Positions 58,855-64,000 of a DNA stretch of 64,000 nt are shown one piece after another (position 1 is the first letter of the stretch; each line of letters opens with the position of its first letter). The translations under genes and the position numbers were made by a program. Location of the stretch: assembly GCA_963666515.2 (NCBI GenBank), contig OY762897.2, forward strand, positions 1,024,001 through 1,088,000. The letters are read 5' to 3'. The stretch comes from Candidatus Binatia bacterium. Lineage in GTDB: Bacteria > Desulfobacterota > Binatia > UBA9968 > JAJDTQ01. The notes below the pieces were generated by a model. It saw only the letters and a list, made by a program, of their open reading frames with translations. It ran no database searches and was not told the DNA's origin.

Positions 58855-61187
58855 GCGCGGTGGGCAGCGACACCCCGCGGGTGGACGGCAACGCCAAGGT
58901 TTCCGGCGCCGCGCAGTACACCGCCGACATCGATCTGCCGGGGATGCTTCACGCCAAGGCGCTACGCAGCCCGCATCCACACGCGAAGCTCGTCAGCATC
59001 GACGTGAGCAAGGCCGCGGCGTTGCCGGGCGTCATCGCAGTGGTGACCCGCGACGACCTCAACGGCCTGAACCCGTACTACGGCGCGGTGGTGGAGGACC
59101 AGCCGGTGCTGGCCATGGACCGGGTGCGCTGCGTCGGCGACATCGTCGCCGCGGTGGCGGCGGAGGAACGGGAGATCGCGGAGGAAGCGGTGGAACTGAT
59201 CGAGGTGGAGTACAAGCCTCTCCCCGCGGTCTTCGACGTGGTGGAGGCCGCGCAAACGGGCGCGCCCATCATCCACGAGAAGCGTTTCGAGACCCAGGCG
59301 GCCATTTTCCGGGAGCAACTCAACCTGAACGCCGGCGGCAACGTCTGCAGCGTGTTCCGGGCCGGAGACGGCGACGTGGACGCGGGTTTCGCCGAGGCCG
59401 ACGAGGTCTTCGAGAACACCTACCGAATGCCGCCGGTGCAGCATGGCCACATCGAGCCCCACGTGGCCGCAGCGGTGTGGGAATCCCCCAACCGGCTGGT
59501 GGTGCACACGCCGTGCCAGAACGCCGTGGGGCTCCAGGAGCAGTTGGCGCGCATCTTCAACCTGCCCGAGAGCGGCGTGCGGGTGGTGGTGCCGCACGTG
59601 GGCGGCGGCTACGGCGGCAAGACCCATGCCCGCCTGGAGCCGGTGACGGCGCTCCTGGCCCGCAAGGCCGGACGCCCGGTCCAGTGGGTGCTCACCCGCG
59701 AGGAGGTGTTCCTCACCGGCCGCCGCTACGGCGCGTTCGTGCGGATGAAGACCGGCTTCAAGCGCGACGGCAGCCTGGTGGCGCGGGAGGTGGAGGTCTT
59801 CTACGACCTCGGCGCCTACGCCCTGTCCGGGCCGGCCAACGCCAAGACCGGCTCCTATGTTGCCAGCGGGCCGTACCGGGTGCCCAACCGGCGGCTGACC
59901 ACGTACGCCGTGTACACGAACCTGCCGCCCGCCGGCCCCTACCGCGGCGTGGGCGTCCCGCACGTGGCCTGGGCCTACGAATCCGAGATGGACCGCATCG
60001 CGCGGCATCTCGGCATGGACCCGGTGGAACTCAGGCTCAAGAACTTGCTGCAGGAAGGGGACGTTTTCGTCACCGGCGAGTCGCTGGTGTCGGTGGGCAT
60101 CTCGGACTGCCTCCGGCAGGTGGCCTCGGGTATCGGCTGGCGCGGTCGGGAAGAGCAGGGCAACGGCGCCTCTGAAGGGTCGCTCCGGCGCGGCAAGGGC
60201 GTGGCGGTGATCATGAAGAGCACCACCACGCCTACGGCCTCGGCCGCCAGCGTGCGGCTCAACGGCGACGGCTCGGTGATGCTGCTGACCAGCAGCACCG
60301 AGATGGGCCAAGGGGTGCGCACCTGCCTGGCGCAGATCGTCGCCGAACGCCTCGGCTTTCCGGTGGAGCGGGTGACCGTGTCCGCACCGGACACCGACGT
60401 GACGCCCTACGACAAGTCCACCAGTTCCAGCCGCACAACCTTCCACATGGGCAACGCCGCGCTGCGGGCGGCCGAGGAAGTGCGCGAGCAGCTTCTGGAG
60501 GCGGGCGCCCAGGCGCTGGAGGTGGACAAGGCGGACATGGAACTGGGCGCCGGCGGAGTGCGGGTCAAGGGCGTGCCCGACCGCAGCCTGACGATCCCGC
60601 AACTGCTGCGGGTGAAGTACGGCGATTCGGTGGGCAGCATCTTCGGGAGCTGCAACTTCCAGGTCAAAGGCGGGCTCGACCCCAGGACCGGCAAGGGCAA
60701 GGCCGCGGCCTTCTGGTTCTTCTCGGCCTGCGGCGCCGAGGTGGAGGTGGACGTGGAGACCGGCAAGGTGCGCGTGGTCAACGTGGCCACCTCGGTGGAC
60801 GTGGGCAAGGCCATCAACCCGCTCCAGTGCGGGCTCCAGAACGAAGGTTCCATGCTGGAAGCGCTGGGGGCGGCGTTCTTCGAGGAGATGGTGTTCGAGC
60901 AGGGCCAGCCCGTGAACGGCACCCTGCTGGAGTACATGCTGCCCTCCATGGAGGACCACCCCGAGCGGTTCCAGTCGCTGCTGGTGGAGACCCCGCATCC
61001 GGACGGCCCGTTCGGCGCCAAGGGGGTGGGGGAAGCGGTCATCCCCGCGGTGGTGCCCGCCATCGGCAACGCTGTGGCCAACGCCCTGGGCGGGATCAAC
61101 ATCACCGAATTGCCGCTCCGGCCGGAGCGGGTGGTGGCGGCGCTGGCCGAGCGCGAAGCCGGCGTAACCGGAGAGCAGCAGCCATGA
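58851..61187 (+). CDS. Xanthine dehydrogenase family molybdopterin-binding subunit
   Basis: RSPHPHA, VGGGYGGK, PYRGVG, EMGQG, DVGKAINP, GAKGVGE. Confidence 0.93.
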   Translation: MSAVGSDTPRVDGNAKVSGAAQYTADIDLPGMLHAKALRSPHPHAKLVSIDVSKAAALPGVIAVVTRDDLNGLNPYYGAVVEDQPVLAMDRVRCVGDIVAAVAAEEREIAEEAVELIEVEYKPLPAVFDVVEAAQTGAPIIHEKRFETQAAIFREQLNLNAGGNVCSVFRAGDGDVDAGFAEADEVFENTYRMPPVQHGHIEPHVAAAVWESPNRLVVHTPCQNAVGLQEQLARIFNLPESGVRVVVPHVGGGYGGKTHARLEPVTALLARKAGRPVQWVLTREEVFLTGRRYGAFVRMKTGFKRDGSLVAREVEVFYDLGAYALSGPANAKTGSYVASGPYRVPNRRLTTYAVYTNLPPAGPYRGVGVPHVAWAYESEMDRIARHLGMDPVELRLKNLLQEGDVFVTGESLVSVGISDCLRQVASGIGWRGREEQGNGASEGSLRRGKGVAVIMKSTTTPTASAASVRLNGDGSVMLLTSSTEMGQGVRTCLAQIVAERLGFPVERVTVSAPDTDVTPYDKSTSSSRTTFHMGNAALRAAEEVREQLLEAGAQALEVDKADMELGAGGVRVKGVPDRSLTIPQLLRVKYGDSVGSIFGSCNFQVKGGLDPRTGKGKAAAFWFFSACGAEVEVDVETGKVRVVNVATSVDVGKAINPLQCGLQNEGSMLEALGAAFFEEMVFEQGQPVNGTLLEYMLPSMEDHPERFQSLLVETPHPDGPFGAKGVGEAVIPAVVPAIGNAVANALGGINITELPLRPERVVAALAEREAGVTGEQQP

Positions 61188-61654
61188 GACATCTCATCAC
61201 CGCCAACGTGAACGGACGCGAGCGCGAGCTTTCGGTCAAGTCCAATCAGACCTTGCTGGAGGTGCTGCGCGACGACCTCCGGCTCAAGGGCACCCGGGAG
61301 GGGTGCAGCGTGGGCGTCTGTGGCTCCTGCACGGTGCTGGTGGACGGCAAGCCCGTCAGTTCGTGCCTGATGCTGGCCAGCAACGCCGAGGGCCGGGAGG
61401 TGCTGACCATCGAGGGGCTTGGCGCCGGCAACCTCGACCCGGTGCAGCAGGCGTTCCTGGACCACCAGGCGTTCCAGTGCGGCTTCTGCACCCCGGGCAT
61501 GATCATGGCGGTCAAGGGGCTTCTCAACGAGAACCCCAAGCCTGACGAAGCCGAGGTGCGCGACTACCTGTCGGGCAACATCTGCCGTTGCGGCACCTAC
61601 GTGGAGGTGATGGCCGCGGTCGAGGACCTGACCCGGAGGAACGACAATGGCTGA
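61184..61654 (+). CDS. Xanthine dehydrogenase family 2Fe-2S subunit (CoxS-like)
   Basis: GCSVGVCGSCTV, QCGFCTPG, NICRCG. Confidence 0.94.
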   Translation: MRHLITANVNGRERELSVKSNQTLLEVLRDDLRLKGTREGCSVGVCGSCTVLVDGKPVSSCLMLASNAEGREVLTIEGLGAGNLDPVQQAFLDHQAFQCGFCTPGMIMAVKGLLNENPKPDEAEVRDYLSGNICRCGTYVEVMAAVEDLTRRNDNG

Positions 61655-62693
61655 ACGGATACTGGCCGGAACGCAGGAAGGCTTGCAAATCTGGCGCGGC
61701 AACGGAAGCGCCTGGGAGGAGTTGGACGTGCATCTTCCTCCCGGCACGGTGGACGCCATCGACGGCCCTGCGCAACGGCCCGGGACCGTGTACGCCAGCG
61801 TGGCAGGCGAGGGTCTCTGCCGCAGCGACGACGGCGGGCAACGCTGGCGCACCGTCTTCTCCGGCAATGTCCGCGCCGTGACCGTGGACCCCACGGACGC
61901 CGACGTGGTCTACGTGGGCACCGAGCCCATCCACCTTCATCGGAGCGAGGACGGAGGCGAGAGCTGGGAAGATCTGGACGCCCTTCAGGAGCTGCCCTCC
62001 GAAGTGCGCGCCAAGTGGACCTATCCCCGCCCGCCGCACCGGGAGCACGTCCGGCACATCTTCGTCTCGCCCGACGACCCCCGCATGATCTACGTCTGCC
62101 TGGAGCACGGCGGCATCGTGCGCACTTTCGACCGCGGCGCCTCCTTCGAGGACGTCAGCAGCGGCATCGACTACCTCGACATCCATCACATCAGCACCAC
62201 GCCAGCGGGGGCGGGGCCCATGTTCGTGGCCACGGCCAGGGGCTTCTTCCGTAGCGACGAACCGGGCGCGGGCTGGCAGCGGGCGGAATACGGCATGACC
62301 CGGGACTACTTCCACGACTTCGTCTTCCTGCCGGGAGACCCGCCCGCGATGCTGGTGGCCACCGCGGACAAGTCGCCCGGCTACTGGGACCGTCCCGAGA
62401 AGGCCCAGGGGGCGGTCTTTCGCAGCCGCGACCTGGGCTCCAACTGGGAGCGGGTGGGCGTGGGCCGGGGTCTGCCCGATCACATGCTGCAGATGGTCTG
62501 GGCGCTGGCCCAGCACCCCGCGGAGCCGGAACGGGTCTACGCCGGACTCGGCGCGGTCTCGCGCGGGCGTTCCAGCGACGCGAGCCAGAAAGGGAAGGGC
62601 GACATCCTGGTCTCCGAGGACGAGGGCGAGTCCTGGGAGCGCCTGCCGCTCGACCTTCCGGCCGACCGGGTGCTTCTGGTGCGGCCGGAGTGA
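61647..62693 (+). CDS. BNR/Asp-box beta-propeller protein
   Basis: Repeated RSDDGGQRW, RSEDGGESW, RSRDLGSNW, SEDEGESW. Confidence 0.85.
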   Translation: MAERILAGTQEGLQIWRGNGSAWEELDVHLPPGTVDAIDGPAQRPGTVYASVAGEGLCRSDDGGQRWRTVFSGNVRAVTVDPTDADVVYVGTEPIHLHRSEDGGESWEDLDALQELPSEVRAKWTYPRPPHREHVRHIFVSPDDPRMIYVCLEHGGIVRTFDRGASFEDVSSGIDYLDIHHISTTPAGAGPMFVATARGFFRSDEPGAGWQRAEYGMTRDYFHDFVFLPGDPPAMLVATADKSPGYWDRPEKAQGAVFRSRDLGSNWERVGVGRGLPDHMLQMVWALAQHPAEPERVYAGLGAVSRGRSSDASQKGKGDILVSEDEGESWERLPLDLPADRVLLVRPE

Positions 62694-63442
62694 TGAACTA
62701 CGCGATCTTCGACATCGAGACCCGCATCGACAAGGCCCTCGTCAAGTCGGTCTACGCCCCCAACGAGGAGGTCTCCGAGCGGGTGGCCTACGAGCGCTTC
62801 CGCGCCGAGCAGGTGGCGAAAACCAGCAGCGACTTCCTCCCCATCTCCTTCCATGTCCCCGTCTCCATCGCCGTGGGCATCGTCAACGCCGACGGCGTCC
62901 TGGCCAACGTCGAGACCCTGTGCGAGGACGACTACAGCGAGGAGGCCATCGTCCGCGACTTCTGGGAGCGGGTGGAGCGGTTCACCGGCACCCTGGTGTC
63001 GTTCAACGGACGCAACTTCGACCTCCCGGTGCTGGAGCTGCACGCGCTCAAGTACGGCTGCCGGGCGCCGCGCTACTTCAACGAGCGCTTCGGGCACCGC
63101 TACCGCTACTCGGAGGACGGCCACTACGACCTCTACGAGTTCATCGGCAACCACGGCGTCAACCGCATCCGCGGCGGCTTCAACCTCCTGTGCCGGCTCG
63201 TCGGCCTGCGCGGCAAGGGCGATATCGACGGCTCCATGGTCCAGGGGCTGTGGGAAGAGGGCCGGCTCGCGGAGATCCACGAGTACTGCCGCCAGGACGT
63301 CATCCAGACCTACTTCCTGCTGCTCCGGGTGGAACTGATGCGGGGCCGCATCGACCAGAGTCGGCACGAGGCGGCATGGGCCGCCACAGAAACCTTCCGC
63401 GAGCAGTTGATTGAGGAAGGAGGTACACGCGAGGAGCCATGA
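62690..63442 (+). CDS. PolB-related 3'-5' exonuclease
   Basis: FDIET (ExoI), FNGRNFDLP (ExoII), YCRQD (ExoIII). Confidence 0.9.
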   Translation: MMNYAIFDIETRIDKALVKSVYAPNEEVSERVAYERFRAEQVAKTSSDFLPISFHVPVSIAVGIVNADGVLANVETLCEDDYSEEAIVRDFWERVERFTGTLVSFNGRNFDLPVLELHALKYGCRAPRYFNERFGHRYRYSEDGHYDLYEFIGNHGVNRIRGGFNLLCRLVGLRGKGDIDGSMVQGLWEEGRLAEIHEYCRQDVIQTYFLLLRVELMRGRIDQSRHEAAWAATETFREQLIEEGGTREEP

Positions 63443-64000
63443 CGGTCCCGACGATATTCGACACATGCCGTCCACGGGAGGACGTCCTTCAGGGAGCCAT
63501 TGCCGAAGCCGATTTTGCGGCCGATCTGGCTCAGGTCATAGTGGGGAAGGGCAGCGTTGAGTACCTGGACCCCGTGCGGTTCTTTGCTCATACGTGGCCC
63601 ACGCGGGGCCTCAAGAACCTGCTGGCCAACGTTTGCCGGCGCTTGACGGGTTCCGGTGGCGAGGTTGCCGCGATCTTTCGCCTCGACACTTCATACGGCG
63701 GCGGCAAGACCCACGGGCTCATCGCGCTTGCCCACGCGGCCCGCGGCATGACGGACGTGCCCAACGCCGCGGAGTTCATCGAACCTGCTCTGCTTCCACA
63801 ACGCCCCGTCCGTATCGCGGCGTTCGACGGCGAGAACGCGGACCCGGCCAACGGGCGCGCCATGGGCGACGGCGTTCTGGCTTTCACGCCCTGGGGTGAA
63901 ATCGCCTACTCTCTCGCCGGACGGGAAGGATACGAACGGGTCCGCAACAGCGACGAGCACCGGGTCGCGCCGGGCGCCGAGACCCTGCGGGAACTGTTCG
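63439..64000 (+). CDS. DUF499 family AAA+ ATPase (5' part only)
   Basis: Manual translation MTVPTIFDTCRPREDVL...DFAADL...YLDPVRFFAHTWPTRGL...LDTSYGGGKTH...TPWGEIA. Confidence 0.88.
   Translation, partial: MTVPTIFDTCRPREDVLQGAIAEADFAADLAQVIVGKGSVEYLDPVRFFAHTWPTRGLKNLLANVCRRLTGSGGEVAAIFRLDTSYGGGKTHGLIALAHAARGMTDVPNAAEFIEPALLPQRPVRIAAFDGENADPANGRAMGDGVLAFTPWGEIAYSLAGREGYERVRNSDEHRVAPGAETLRELF

Noticed and set aside
58851-61187. Aerobic CO dehydrogenase coxL
   Set aside because: Lacks the AYXCSFR motif and cox accessory genes

Overview
GC-rich bacterial window, mostly catabolic and transport genes. The Bug/TctC expansion, CGTC repeats and surface-protein islands resemble sponge- or soil-associated deltaproteobacteria/Binatia, but taxonomy is inference only. 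Aromatic catabolism: ligAB-like and pcaHG dioxygenases, a DesZ-like dioxygenase, an HMG aldolase, CoA ligase and CoA transferase, and two ThDP enzymes. Transport: two TctA, one TctB, four TctC, a complete mrpA-G operon and three MFS genes. Redox: two molybdoenzyme operons and an SdhA-like pair. Also three toxin-antitoxin loci (one decayed) and the start of a DUF499 defence ATPase at the right edge. The top finding is a 1,860-bp insertion (22032-23891) that splits a lipoprotein gene. It is flanked by CTAGAAT on both sides, has no terminal inverted repeats and has strongly hairpinned ends. Its single 535-aa ORF has no DDE or HUH signature I can see but has Rep_trans-like motifs, making it a candidate unclassified rolling-circle/ssDNA transposon. 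Second is an autotransporter whose passenger is made of Cache-type sensor domains, next to a paralog that has lost its barrel. All calls come from motif recognition by eye; no searches were run. No rRNA, tRNA or CRISPR array was seen.
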